NCBI GenBank assembly: GCA_903929735.1
Contig: CAIYVW010000022.1
Coordinates: forward strand, 1 to 59,398
Direction of reading: 5' to 3'
DNA from: an uncultured bacterium
Lineage (GTDB): Bacteria; Patescibacteriota; Minisyncoccia; Phycocordibacterales; UBA9973
DNA length: 59,398 bases
The notes beneath the pieces were generated by a model. The model was not told where the DNA came from and did not search any database. It saw nothing but the letters and a program-made list of their open reading frames with translations. Position 1 is the first letter of the stretch. Every line of letters starts with the position of its first letter. Made by a program: the position numbers and the translations under genes. Positions 34,489-43,719 of the stretch are shown piece by piece.

Positions 34489-36132
34489 TTATCTTCCTGT
34501 TGTAGCAGCTTTTAAAGCTCCGGCACTAGAATTTCTATTATTTCCACCACCACTTACAGCATTTAAGATACTTGGAGTGGAGGTGGTAGATTTAGTAGTT
34601 GTAGAAGTAATAGTTTTTGTAACGATAATATCACCTTCTTTTAATCCACTAATTATTTCAGTTGAAGTATCATTTGCCAATCCTATTTGGACATCTGTTT
34701 TAATAGGCAACACTATAGATATTGAACCTTGTACACCAGTTACAGGAGAAGCTAAAGGAGAGCTAAATACTTCTACGTAGTTTGTTCCATTTGAAGTTTT
34801 AATAGCAGAATTTGGAACAACTAGGACATCTTGTGATGTATTTGTAATTACAGTTGCAGATACACTCATACCAGGTTTAACTCTAGCATCATCCACATCC
34901 AAATTAATTGTCACATTATAAGTTACAACCCCAGAACTTACAGTTCCAACTGTATCAACACCAACTACTGATCCTGTCATAGAAAGACCATCTATTGCAT
35001 CAAAAGTAAGAGTTACCTTTTGTCCTATTTTAATTTTCGCTATATCAACTTCATTAAATGGAATATTTACATTTTTCTGTTTTGATATTAAAGTTCCAAT
35101 AGTTCCACTAGCAGACTGGCCAACCTTGGCAGTTAAACTAGCTACTATTCCATCAAATGGAGCTCTCGTAAAACAGTCATTATAAGCATTTTGTTTTGTT
35201 TCTATATTAAGTTCAGCTTGGCGAAGAGTAAGATCATCTACTGGAACACTAACATCTTTCAAGGATTGAAGATTTTCATTTATACTATTTATATTAGACA
35301 AAATACTATTTACATAAGTATTAGAACTACTCGTCCAAGAAGTTAAATTACTTTGCAATGTAGTTGTCTCAGAAGTACTTTTTTGACCCAAGAAGTTAAA
35401 AGTATCATCAAAACTCTCTTGGGAAAGTTTTACAGAATTTGATATTTTTTTAGATGTAACAAGAGCTTTATTTAAAAGATTATCTATTTCTTCATTAGAA
35501 CTTGATCTTGAAAGAGTCTTATATAGAGTTATAGTATCATCATAACTTTGTTTTGTATCCCAATATGCCTTATCTGATTCATTAATTTTATCTCTACCTA
35601 TTTGACTTAGTTGAGTCCTATTCTGTAAATAACCAGAGTGTAAGTCTCCTATTCCATTAACAACACTATCCATATCTATAATAAAAGAAGATACATTATT
35701 CCACCCATCACTATAAGATTTATTCAAAGCATTTTCTTTTTGAAGAACAGATAAGGTATTTGGTTTATTCATTATGGCCAAAGAAAGTTTAGCATTTTCT
35801 AGTGCTATTTTTGCATCACGAGAATCTACACTAGCAATCAAAGTTCCCTTTTTAATATTTTGACCTACAGCAACCCCCACATAATTAACTATACCTCCTG
35901 CATTTGCATTTATATTAATTGTATTGGATGACTCTATCTGTCCACTACCTGATATAGAAACTACAACGTTACCTTTAGCAACAGTACTTGTAACATATCT
36001 TGTCTCAGTAGTAGTCTTACTTTTTAAAATGTAATAAGTTGAGCCTATCAATACTAATATAATTATTAGAGTCCATATTTTATTATTTAAGATAAAAGAT
36101 TTTATTTTCTGTAAAAATGTTTGATTATTCAT
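34489..36132 (-). CDS. Periplasmic adaptor / membrane-fusion protein (HlyD/MacA/YknX-like)
   Basis: N-terminal TM, lipoyl-like half-motifs (GTLIASVDSRDAKIALENAKL ... APFDGIVASL), a long coiled-coil insert, beta-barrel domains and a Thr/Ser-rich tail. Confidence 0.72.
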   Translation of the reverse strand: MNNQTFLQKIKSFILNNKIWTLIIILVLIGSTYYILKSKTTTETRYVTSTVAKGNVVVSISGSGQIESSNTININANAGGIVNYVGVAVGQNIKKGTLIASVDSRDAKIALENAKLSLAIMNKPNTLSVLQKENALNKSYSDGWNNVSSFIIDMDSVVNGIGDLHSGYLQNRTQLSQIGRDKINESDKAYWDTKQSYDDTITLYKTLSRSSSNEEIDNLLNKALVTSKKISNSVKLSQESFDDTFNFLGQKSTSETTTLQSNLTSWTSSSNTYVNSILSNINSINENLQSLKDVSVPVDDLTLRQAELNIETKQNAYNDCFTRAPFDGIVASLTAKVGQSASGTIGTLISKQKNVNIPFNEVDIAKIKIGQKVTLTFDAIDGLSMTGSVVGVDTVGTVSSGVVTYNVTINLDVDDARVKPGMSVSATVITNTSQDVLVVPNSAIKTSNGTNYVEVFSSPLASPVTGVQGSISIVLPIKTDVQIGLANDTSTEIISGLKEGDIIVTKTITSTTTKSTTSTPSILNAVSGGGNNRNSSAGALKAATTGR

Positions 36133-36134
36133 GA

Positions 36135-36656
36135 CTATTTATTATTAGTATTAATTACTGATATATTTCCTCCTGTCATTTCTTCTGGTGAAGGAATAAT
36201 TCTTATAAGCTTAGCTTCTATCTGTCCTGATGTATTTGGGCTTCCTATGACTACAATAAATTTATCTACTATGAGACTTTCCTTGTTTACTTTATCTGAC
36301 ATTTCGATAATATTAGTATTATTATCAATAATTATTGATTTCTCAGTTTGATCTTTATCTAAAACAATAATATTAGGAAAATCTACTTTTATTATTTTTC
36401 CTATTGCACCATGAGCGTTTGGAGTTTCACTAAAATTATCTTTTATAAATTTAGGCATACCACGACGAGAACCAAAATTCTTCTCATAATTATCTCCCCA
36501 ATCACGATGAAACGAGGCTTTCTTAAATCCTACTACTACTCCAGCTTGGAAAACAAAAAATAGAATAAAAAGAACTCCAAGAGTATATATTATACTTTTA
36601 AAATTTTTTGACTCTACATATTTATTAATATTATTTTTAAGTTCAGTTTTATTCAT
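36135..36656 (-). CDS. Membrane-anchored protein with the shared C-terminal beta-rich domain
   Basis: TM helix IIYTLGVLFILFFVFQAGVVVGF. The C-terminus GAIGKIIKVDFPNIIVL...VVIGSPNTSGQIEAKLIRIIP parallels the 31954..32382 and 44908..45588 products. Confidence 0.55.
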   Translation of the reverse strand: MNKTELKNNINKYVESKNFKSIIYTLGVLFILFFVFQAGVVVGFKKASFHRDWGDNYEKNFGSRRGMPKFIKDNFSETPNAHGAIGKIIKVDFPNIIVLDKDQTEKSIIIDNNTNIIEMSDKVNKESLIVDKFIVVIGSPNTSGQIEAKLIRIIPSPEEMTGGNISVINTNNK

Positions 36657-36672
36657 AAATAAAAAATTATAT

Positions 36673-37077
36673 TTAAGCTACTAATAATTGATCACTATAT
36701 TTATAGTGTTTCAATACTTTTCTTAAAGAAACTAATGTTGAAATTAATAAGAAAAATGAAACACCCAAACTAGCAAAAGGAAATGAATCAGCCAAAGAAA
36801 GAAGATATTCCTTCCAGTAAGTAGCCAAAATATTACCATCTGAAAAAGATAATGATACATAACTAAAGAAGCTAGATGAAACAAAATGTTTCTCTAAATT
36901 AAAAGACATAAATACAAAACCACATAAAGATACAGCCCCAATAAAACTATATACTAGAGATTGTATCTTTAGGTTTCTTGTCTGTTTGACTTTAATTGCA
37001 TACCAAATATCATCCGAAAGTCGACTTTCCGGATGATTATAGTTTTGCTTCATTAATTTTTCTAAATTCTTTTCCAT
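36673..37077 (-). CDS. Small membrane protein, putative anti-sigma factor
   Basis: 134 aa with two hydrophobic helices, immediately downstream of an ECF sigma gene. Function inferred from position only. Confidence 0.45.
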   Translation of the reverse strand: MEKNLEKLMKQNYNHPESRLSDDIWYAIKVKQTRNLKIQSLVYSFIGAVSLCGFVFMSFNLEKHFVSSSFFSYVSLSFSDGNILATYWKEYLLSLADSFPFASLGVSFFLLISTLVSLRKVLKHYKYSDQLLVA

Positions 37078-37099
37078 ACGAGAGTGTATACGGATAATA

Positions 37100-37648
37100 T
37101 TATATTTTGGTGCAAAGTTCTTTAAGTTTCTTAATAGCTCTATAGTGGTGACTTTTTACAGTATCAAGAGGCTTACCTAAAACTTCTCCGATCTCTTTAA
37201 AAGTCATATCTTCTTGATAATAAAGTGTCAGAACTGTTTTATGATCATCACTAAGTTTATCTATTAACTTAGAAAGCATGTCTTTGTCTTGTAGTTTTTG
37301 ATAAACTTCATCAGGTAAAATAGCACTATCTTGTATATTCTCTTCCATTAATTCACCATCTCCCAAAGAAGAAAAAGAAGGAATTTTCTTTTTACGTAGA
37401 TAATCAGTAATTGTATTCCTAGCTATGGTAAAAAGCCAAGTTTTGAATTGAGACTTATTCAAATCAAAATTTTCTAAGTTTTTCCAAACTTTTACAAAAA
37501 TATCTTGAGTAACATCAGGTGCCTGAAAAGAACCAACAAATCTTGCTGTGTAATTATAAATAGGAGAAGTATATTTATCTATCAGAATTCTTAAGGAATC
37601 CTGATTTCCATTTAAATATCTTTTTATTAAATCATGATCCTCTTCCAT
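37100..37648 (-). CDS. ECF-type RNA polymerase sigma-70 factor
   Basis: Region 2 (APDVTQDIFVKVWKNL ... FKTWLFTIARN) and region 4 HTH (MTFKEIGEVLGKPLDTVKSHHYRAIKKL). Confidence 0.88.
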   Translation of the reverse strand: MEEDHDLIKRYLNGNQDSLRILIDKYTSPIYNYTARFVGSFQAPDVTQDIFVKVWKNLENFDLNKSQFKTWLFTIARNTITDYLRKKKIPSFSSLGDGELMEENIQDSAILPDEVYQKLQDKDMLSKLIDKLSDDHKTVLTLYYQEDMTFKEIGEVLGKPLDTVKSHHYRAIKKLKELCTKI

Positions 37649-37717
37649 TACCCTACTATAATACTAAATAGCAATAAGGCAAACAAAGAATAATACTAGA
37701 TTTTTTAAAATTAAAAT

Positions 37718-38320
37718 TTATTTATTATATTTTGGGTGATCTTCGGGGATAGACAATATATAGTTAGAGTAACGTGACATAGCAAAAAGAAGAGATGATA
37801 ATCGATTTAAATAAGAAACTGTAATAATATTTATTTTACGGAACCCTTCTTCTTGAACTGAAATAATTCTTCTTTCTGATTTACGAGCTAGTGTTCTAGC
37901 AAAATCTAACTCTGCACTTAAAATACTACCTCCTGAAATAGTGAAAGATGTTATGGGTGGTAATATATCACTAATACAACTAATAATATTCTCTATATTT
38001 TTCAAATTCTTCTTTTCAATTTTTATATCTGACCCTGCTGTTTCAGCTTGTATAACAAAGAGATTCTGCTGTATATCATTTATAATTTCACTAAATAAAA
38101 TTTTATTTCTTTTACTTAAACTAATCTTTACCTGTTCTATTCCAGCATAAATTTTAATAATACCTAAGTATGCATTAAGTTCATCTAATGAACCAAGAGC
38201 TTCTATAAGATTGGCACTCTTTGATATTCTTTGCTGATTACAATGATAAAGAGTAGTTGTTCCATTATCCCCCTTACCTGTATATAAAGTATTAGATTTA
38301 ATTCTTAATATTTTCTTCAT
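37718..38320 (-). CDS. PduO-type ATP:cob(I)alamin adenosyltransferase family protein
   Basis: N-terminal signature YTGKGDNGTTTL and the helical bundle length typical of the family. Confidence 0.8.
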   Translation of the reverse strand: MKKILRIKSNTLYTGKGDNGTTTLYHCNQQRISKSANLIEALGSLDELNAYLGIIKIYAGIEQVKISLSKRNKILFSEIINDIQQNLFVIQAETAGSDIKIEKKNLKNIENIISCISDILPPITSFTISGGSILSAELDFARTLARKSERRIISVQEEGFRKINIITVSYLNRLSSLLFAMSRYSNYILSIPEDHPKYNK

Positions 38321-38424
38321 TTGAGTATTATAACAATATACTTATATTACCCCAACTATTGACTTTTCTAATAAATAACTTATAATATTAAAAAATAAGT
38401 ACAAACTAAAAAAAATATTAAACT

Positions 38425-38730
38425 ATGGAGGAAAAGGAATTTTGGCTAATGATCACAGATTTTGACACAACAGAAGAAAATGTTTCTTTCGTTGTAAAAG
38501 AATCAAGAATTAAAACTGTCCATGAGAACCACAGAATAAGGTTCTTTCATCAAAGGTTTCAAAGTAAAAATGGAACTTTATCTAGAATTTTAAAAGAGGA
38601 AAAAGATAAAGAGATACTTATAGTATTTCACAAAAATGTACCTCGTAAAAAGATTTCTAAAATTATTGATCACATTAAGGAAGTTAATAAAGATAAGATT
38701 TGTGCTTTTTCAACGAGTCTTGTTTTTTAA
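38425..38730 (+). CDS. Hypothetical small protein (possible paralogue of the next gene)
   Basis: 101-aa ORF with no recognisable motif. Shares a loose pattern (LxIT[DE] ... hydrophobic strand ... KIxxIIxxxxKxxDKKI/C-xF-x-SL) with the 38766..39152 product. Confidence 0.4.
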   Translation: MEEKEFWLMITDFDTTEENVSFVVKESRIKTVHENHRIRFFHQRFQSKNGTLSRILKEEKDKEILIVFHKNVPRKKISKIIDHIKEVNKDKICAFSTSLVF

Positions 38731-38765
38731 TTTTATTTACAACCTAAAATCTTAAACTTCAAACT

Positions 38766-39152
38766 ATGAAAAGGAAAAAGGTTATTCTTGTAATCACTGA
38801 ACATAAAATATTCAGCGATAAAAAAAGTATCGAAAAAAATAAAATTCGAGACTTAATTCTGGTTCAACATAAAGATAAGATTGATGTTGAATTTTATAAT
38901 GCCAAGGGACTTGATTTGTTTAATTTAAAATTAAACAAAATAATTAGATCAAATACTGTATTTTCAGTTTTCTTTTATCACTGCACAAGGGTAAAAATTG
39001 AGAGAATCATAGAAAAAACAGACAAGAGGATAGACAAAAAGATCCCTTTCTTCTTTTGTAGTTTAAATATGATTGGCTTAGATATTAAAAAAGCCAAAGA
39101 AATTACTATGATTAAAAATCTGCCGCTATTCCTAACAGCAGTATCCAACTAA
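38766..39152 (+). CDS. Hypothetical small protein
   Basis: 128-aa ORF, K/I-rich, with no recognisable motif. Followed by a strong terminator. Confidence 0.4.
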   Translation: MKRKKVILVITEHKIFSDKKSIEKNKIRDLILVQHKDKIDVEFYNAKGLDLFNLKLNKIIRSNTVFSVFFYHCTRVKIERIIEKTDKRIDKKIPFFFCSLNMIGLDIKKAKEITMIKNLPLFLTAVSN

Positions 39153-39154
39153 TT

Positions 39155-39193
39155 AAAATGCGATTCAGTCAAATAATGACTGAATCGCATTTT
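39155..39193. terminator. Bidirectional terminator (perfect 16-bp stem)
   Basis: AAAATGCGATTCAGTC / GACTGAATCGCATTTT with a 7-nt loop, between convergent genes. Confidence 0.75.
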
Positions 39194-39203
39194 CTTATAA
39201 GTA

Positions 39204-40316
39204 TTATTTATTGTATATACCTATAGCTTCACTAATATTAGTGTATCCATCTTCTTTAAGCAGGGTAGCTAATTCTTTATTAATTTTGCCTATTTGACTT
39301 GGGCCTTCATATATCATTCCTGTTATCATCTGAACTAGAGTTGCTCCTCTCTTAATCTTTTCATAAGCATCAACTCCATTAAAAATTCCACCACATCCAA
39401 TTATCACAAATCTATCACCATATTTTTTATAAACAGCTGTTATTAGATTATTAGATAGTTCTTCAGTTGGCTTTCCACTGAAATTACCTTTTGGTGCATT
39501 TAATATTTCATCTTTATCAAAGGATTTATTATCTCTATTTTTAACCAAATTAGACATTATTACTCCTGTTACCCATTTATAATCTTTTGCAATTTCTAAT
39601 AAAGACAGAGATTCTTCAATACTTTTTTCTGCATGCATTTTTATTAATAATGGTTTATTTATATTTAGGTAAGATAATTTATTCAAAAGAATTGAAAACC
39701 CTATAGGATCATCAAACTTTTCTTTCAAATTTTCAATATTAATAAGATTAGGACAAGAAATATTTAATTCAAAATAATCAAAATAATCATTTCTTAAAAC
39801 CATTTCAAAGGAAGAATATACATCCTCAGCCATATCTTCTATTTTTTTATAGGTTCTATTTGTAGAACCTATACTCAAACCTAAAGGTATAATACCTCTT
39901 CTTTTACCTATCTTTCTTAAAACTGATTCCATGCCCATACTTTTGAAACCTTTATTTACAAGTAAAGATTTTGATTTAGGAAGCCTACCTAACATAGGTC
40001 TTGGATTACCACCATAAGGGAAACAAGTAACTGATCCAACTGTATGAAACCCAAAACCAACAGACGGTAATATATCCATGAGATCAGCATCATAGTCAAA
40101 ACCCGCCGCCAGTCCAACTGGGTTTATAAAATCTATACCAAAAACTTTTTGATTTAAAATATTATTCGAATAAGGTAAAATTTTACCTAGAGAATTTTTT
40201 ATAATATTTTTGCTTCCGAAATACCTACCTGTTTTTAGAAAAAAGTTATGTACATCATCAGCTGGATACTTAAAAAGTATTGGCTTAATAATTTTTTTAT
40301 AAATAAATCCTATCAT
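39204..40316 (-). CDS. pyrD: Dihydroorotate dehydrogenase, class-2-like architecture
   Basis: Class-2-type N-terminal helical segment (KPILFKYPADDVHNFF), NPVGLAAGFD, VNKGFKSMG, the active-site loop ELNISCPN and IIGCGGI. The catalytic position holds Cys rather than Ser. Confidence 0.8.
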   Translation of the reverse strand: MIGFIYKKIIKPILFKYPADDVHNFFLKTGRYFGSKNIIKNSLGKILPYSNNILNQKVFGIDFINPVGLAAGFDYDADLMDILPSVGFGFHTVGSVTCFPYGGNPRPMLGRLPKSKSLLVNKGFKSMGMESVLRKIGKRRGIIPLGLSIGSTNRTYKKIEDMAEDVYSSFEMVLRNDYFDYFELNISCPNLINIENLKEKFDDPIGFSILLNKLSYLNINKPLLIKMHAEKSIEESLSLLEIAKDYKWVTGVIMSNLVKNRDNKSFDKDEILNAPKGNFSGKPTEELSNNLITAVYKKYGDRFVIIGCGGIFNGVDAYEKIKRGATLVQMITGMIYEGPSQIGKINKELATLLKEDGYTNISEAIGIYNK

Positions 40317-40318
40317 TT

Positions 40319-40717
40319 TTATAGTTCTGTTGTTATACCATCGAATTCTGTTTCATTATCCATTGCTATAACTTTAGTCTCACGAACTATACCATCTTTG
40401 TGATGAGCTGGAGAATAAATAGTATAAAGTTTAAGACCCTTATCTCCTGCTATTACATTATGGTTTGCTCCAGATGGAACAATGACAGCATCACCATCTT
40501 TTACTTCATATTCTGTTTCATTTATTATAACCTTGCCAACTCCAGCTTCAAATCTAAAAAATTGGTCATTATCTGTATGAACTTCCATTCCTATGTCTTC
40601 ACCAGGAAGCAAACTCATTAATACAAGCTGACTATGTTCACCAGAATATAAAACTTTACGAAAATTATTATTTGATAGTGTTAGCTCTTCTATATTTTCC
40701 TTAAATCCTTTTTTCAT
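40319..40717 (-). CDS. Cupin-domain protein
   Basis: Cupin motifs GMEVHTDNDQFFRFEAG and VPSGANHNV. Confidence 0.75.
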   Translation of the reverse strand: MKKGFKENIEELTLSNNNFRKVLYSGEHSQLVLMSLLPGEDIGMEVHTDNDQFFRFEAGVGKVIINETEYEVKDGDAVIVPSGANHNVIAGDKGLKLYTIYSPAHHKDGIVRETKVIAMDNETEFDGITTEL

Positions 40718-40779
40718 ATAATTATAGTTTATAAATTACTAATATGAGCCCATTATATCACTTTATTTTAAAAACTAAA

Positions 40780-42111
40780 TTAACTAATAATTTCTTCTAT
40801 AGTACTACCCTTTGGATAAATAATTAAATCATAAGTAGAAGTAGCCCAAGCCTTCTGAAGTGAATCTAGTATACGCCAAGTTTCTACAACTTCTTTACTA
40901 GTCGAGAATAAACTATGGTCCCCAATTATTGCATTAAATAGAACTTGTTCATAAGCCTCTGGTAAAGAAGTATAATGATCCTTAAAAGAAAAGTTTAAAG
41001 CGTGACGACTAATTTGATGTTCATAACCCGGACGCTTAGCCCAAACAGAAAAAGATATTCCTTCATCTGGTTGAAGTCTTAGTAGTAATTCGTTTGACTC
41101 ATGTTCATGATCTTTTTTGTAAAGAATTTTAATATAAGTTGTTTTATCTTTTAAAGCCTTACCTGTTGTAAGCTTTATCTTTACTCCTTGCCATTTTTCA
41201 TCACTTGAAACTAAATCTATAGATGCAAAAGTTTCCGTCATACTAAGAGGATTATTTACTTCTTCTCTATACCCTTTATACTGACCACGTTTTGCGTAGC
41301 TTAATAATGACTCTCCTGAAGAAAGATTCAGTTGTCTTAAGGCTTCATACCTCAAATTAGGAACTTCATTTATATGATCTTCTTTTGGTAAATCCATAAG
41401 AGTCAATGCCAACAACTGAAGTAAATGACTTTGAATTAAATCACGCAAAGCACCTGTCTGCTCATAAAAATTAGCACGTCCTTCTATATCAATTTCTTCA
41501 CTTACTATTACTTCTATTTTCTCTATAAAATCTTTATTCCAAGTCTTTTTAAACAAAGAGTTTCCTTCTCTAAAAATTATAATGTTTTGAGCTGTTTCTT
41601 TAGCTAGATAATGATCTATACGATAAACTTGTTCAGGTTTAAAATAATTATCTATATGATTCACTAACTCCTTTGCACTAATTAAATCTATTCCAAAAGG
41701 TTTTTCTAATAGAAGTTTTGTATTTATTCTCTCAGATAAACCAGACTTACCGATAAGTTCTATGATTGATTTTGAAACCTTAGGTGGAACAGAAAGATAA
41801 AATAGATATTGAGTTTCACTACCAAACTCTTTCTCTATTTCATTTAAACGATTCGAAAGATTTTTATAATCATCTTGGCTTAAAAGATCCATTTCAAATA
41901 GCTCTGTATTATTGATGATATAATCTTTATCTTTCGTATAATTAAGAAGTGTATCTAGCTTTATATCTGGCTGTCTTGTGACTCCTACAATCTTAAATTT
42001 CTCTGGTATCATACCAGTCTTAGCAATCTGACTTATAGCAGGTAAAAGTTTTCTCTTTGATAAATCTCCTGAGATACCTATTATTATTAATATAGTTGGT
42101 TTATTACTCAT
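40780..42111 (-). CDS. zwf: Glucose-6-phosphate 1-dehydrogenase
   Basis: N-terminal IIGISGDLSKRKLLPA and active-site signature YRIDHYLAKE. Confidence 0.88.
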   Translation of the reverse strand: MSNKPTILIIIGISGDLSKRKLLPAISQIAKTGMIPEKFKIVGVTRQPDIKLDTLLNYTKDKDYIINNTELFEMDLLSQDDYKNLSNRLNEIEKEFGSETQYLFYLSVPPKVSKSIIELIGKSGLSERINTKLLLEKPFGIDLISAKELVNHIDNYFKPEQVYRIDHYLAKETAQNIIIFREGNSLFKKTWNKDFIEKIEVIVSEEIDIEGRANFYEQTGALRDLIQSHLLQLLALTLMDLPKEDHINEVPNLRYEALRQLNLSSGESLLSYAKRGQYKGYREEVNNPLSMTETFASIDLVSSDEKWQGVKIKLTTGKALKDKTTYIKILYKKDHEHESNELLLRLQPDEGISFSVWAKRPGYEHQISRHALNFSFKDHYTSLPEAYEQVLFNAIIGDHSLFSTSKEVVETWRILDSLQKAWATSTYDLIIYPKGSTIEEIIS

Positions 42112-42115
42112 AATT

Positions 42116-43018
42116 TTATTGATTTATTTTATGACCACCGAAAGCATTTCTCATAGATGCCAATAATTTAGTCGCAAAATTAATCTTTCCTTTTTGAGAC
42201 TCTAATCTCACATCAAAAGATGATTGAATGGATTTCATTTCTATTCCATATTCTTTGGCTACTTCAAGAGACCACCTAGCTTCACCTGACTCAGCAACAG
42301 AACCCTCTACACCCTCTAGATTTGGATTATCTTTCAAAACGTCACGAGTTAATTCATTCAACCAAGAAGTAATTACGCTATGGTGTTGCCAAACAACTCC
42401 TGCTTTGTATAAATCTAAATTCTTATATGGACCTTCTTTAAGTAATCTATAACCTTCAGCCAGACTTTCCATCATTCCGTACTCTATAGCATTATGCACC
42501 ATTTTTACAAAATGACCCCCTCCACTCTCACCAAAATATTCATAATGACCTTCAGGACTTTTTAAAGTTTCAAGTATAGGTTTTATAATTTCAAAAGAAT
42601 TTTCTTCTCCTCCCACCATCATTGAAAAACCATTTTTATAACCCCAAACTCCCCCACTAGTTCCAATATCAACAAGAACAGATCCGGCTTTCATAACTTT
42701 TTCCGCTCTTATTTTAGTATCACTCCACTTAGAGTTTCCACCGTCTATTAAGATACTTCCTTTTGGAATTAATTTAAGCCAAGCATCAATCTCACTATCT
42801 ACAACATCAGAAGGAACCATTATCCAAATAATTAATTTTTCATTCTCAAAAGATTTTACTACTTCTTCTTTTGTGTAAGCAGGAATTAATCCTAAAGCTT
42901 TCATTTCATCAACAAGTCCACTACTTCTATTAGAAGCTATAACCTTATGCCCTCCCTCGTGTAATTTACGAGCAATTTGTGAACCCATTTTTCCTAAACC
43001 ATAAATTGCTATCTTCAT
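42116..43018 (-). CDS. gnd: 6-phosphogluconate dehydrogenase, short (about 300-aa, YqeC/GntZ-like) form
   Basis: Rossmann N-terminus MKIAIYGLGKMGSQIA and signature GGGHFVKMVHNAIEYG. Confidence 0.88.
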   Translation of the reverse strand: MKIAIYGLGKMGSQIARKLHEGGHKVIASNRSSGLVDEMKALGLIPAYTKEEVVKSFENEKLIIWIMVPSDVVDSEIDAWLKLIPKGSILIDGGNSKWSDTKIRAEKVMKAGSVLVDIGTSGGVWGYKNGFSMMVGGEENSFEIIKPILETLKSPEGHYEYFGESGGGHFVKMVHNAIEYGMMESLAEGYRLLKEGPYKNLDLYKAGVVWQHHSVITSWLNELTRDVLKDNPNLEGVEGSVAESGEARWSLEVAKEYGIEMKSIQSSFDVRLESQKGKINFATKLLASMRNAFGGHKINQ

Positions 43019-43032
43019 ATTTAATATTTTAA

Positions 43033-43710
43033 TTATTTACTAATATTTTTTTGAATATAATCAGTAAATATAGTTAGTAATGGAACCTTCTTAAGAATCT
43101 GAGAAGGATCTTCTATTAGAGGTATATCTTCTTCTAGTTTTTCTAATATAGGCCATTTCATATCACCCATAGAATAAACAACTGCTTCATCTAGCATAGA
43201 TATAACTTTAGGAGTTATAGTTATACGATCAAACATTGGAGTTTCATAAGAACAAACTAATTCATCTATATTTACTGCATCACTATTAGGTAATATACCC
43301 GCCGTATGTCCATCAATACCAATACCAAACATACCAATTTTATAATCAGATTTCTCTATTTCTTGTTTTATTATCTCTCGAAGATCTTTTGTTGTTTCAG
43401 AAAAACTTTTTCCAGAAAGAAAAGGTATTAACTTAGCCCCAGGAACATTAAATCCTAATTTCTGTAGTCTAGACCAATTCGATTCATCATGATTAACTGG
43501 ACCAAATCTCTCGTCAGTTAAAGTTATAACTAGATTATTAGATAATTCTTTATTAATTTTTTGAGAAACTAAAACTTGAACTGGTATAGAAGACCCTCCA
43601 GTTGCAAACCATAATACTTTTTTACCTAATTCTAATTGATGATTTATCTCATTAGACAGAAAGTCAACAATCTTTTCTTTTTCTTTTGTTGTTTTTATAT
43701 TCAAGTTCAT
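43033..43710 (-). CDS. pgl: 6-phosphogluconolactonase
   Basis: ATGGSSIP and LTDERFGPVNHDESN motifs of the 6PGL/NagB family. Adjacent to gnd and zwf. Confidence 0.75.
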   Translation of the reverse strand: MNLNIKTTKEKEKIVDFLSNEINHQLELGKKVLWFATGGSSIPVQVLVSQKINKELSNNLVITLTDERFGPVNHDESNWSRLQKLGFNVPGAKLIPFLSGKSFSETTKDLREIIKQEIEKSDYKIGMFGIGIDGHTAGILPNSDAVNIDELVCSYETPMFDRITITPKVISMLDEAVVYSMGDMKWPILEKLEEDIPLIEDPSQILKKVPLLTIFTDYIQKNISK

Positions 43711-43719
43711 AAATTTAAT

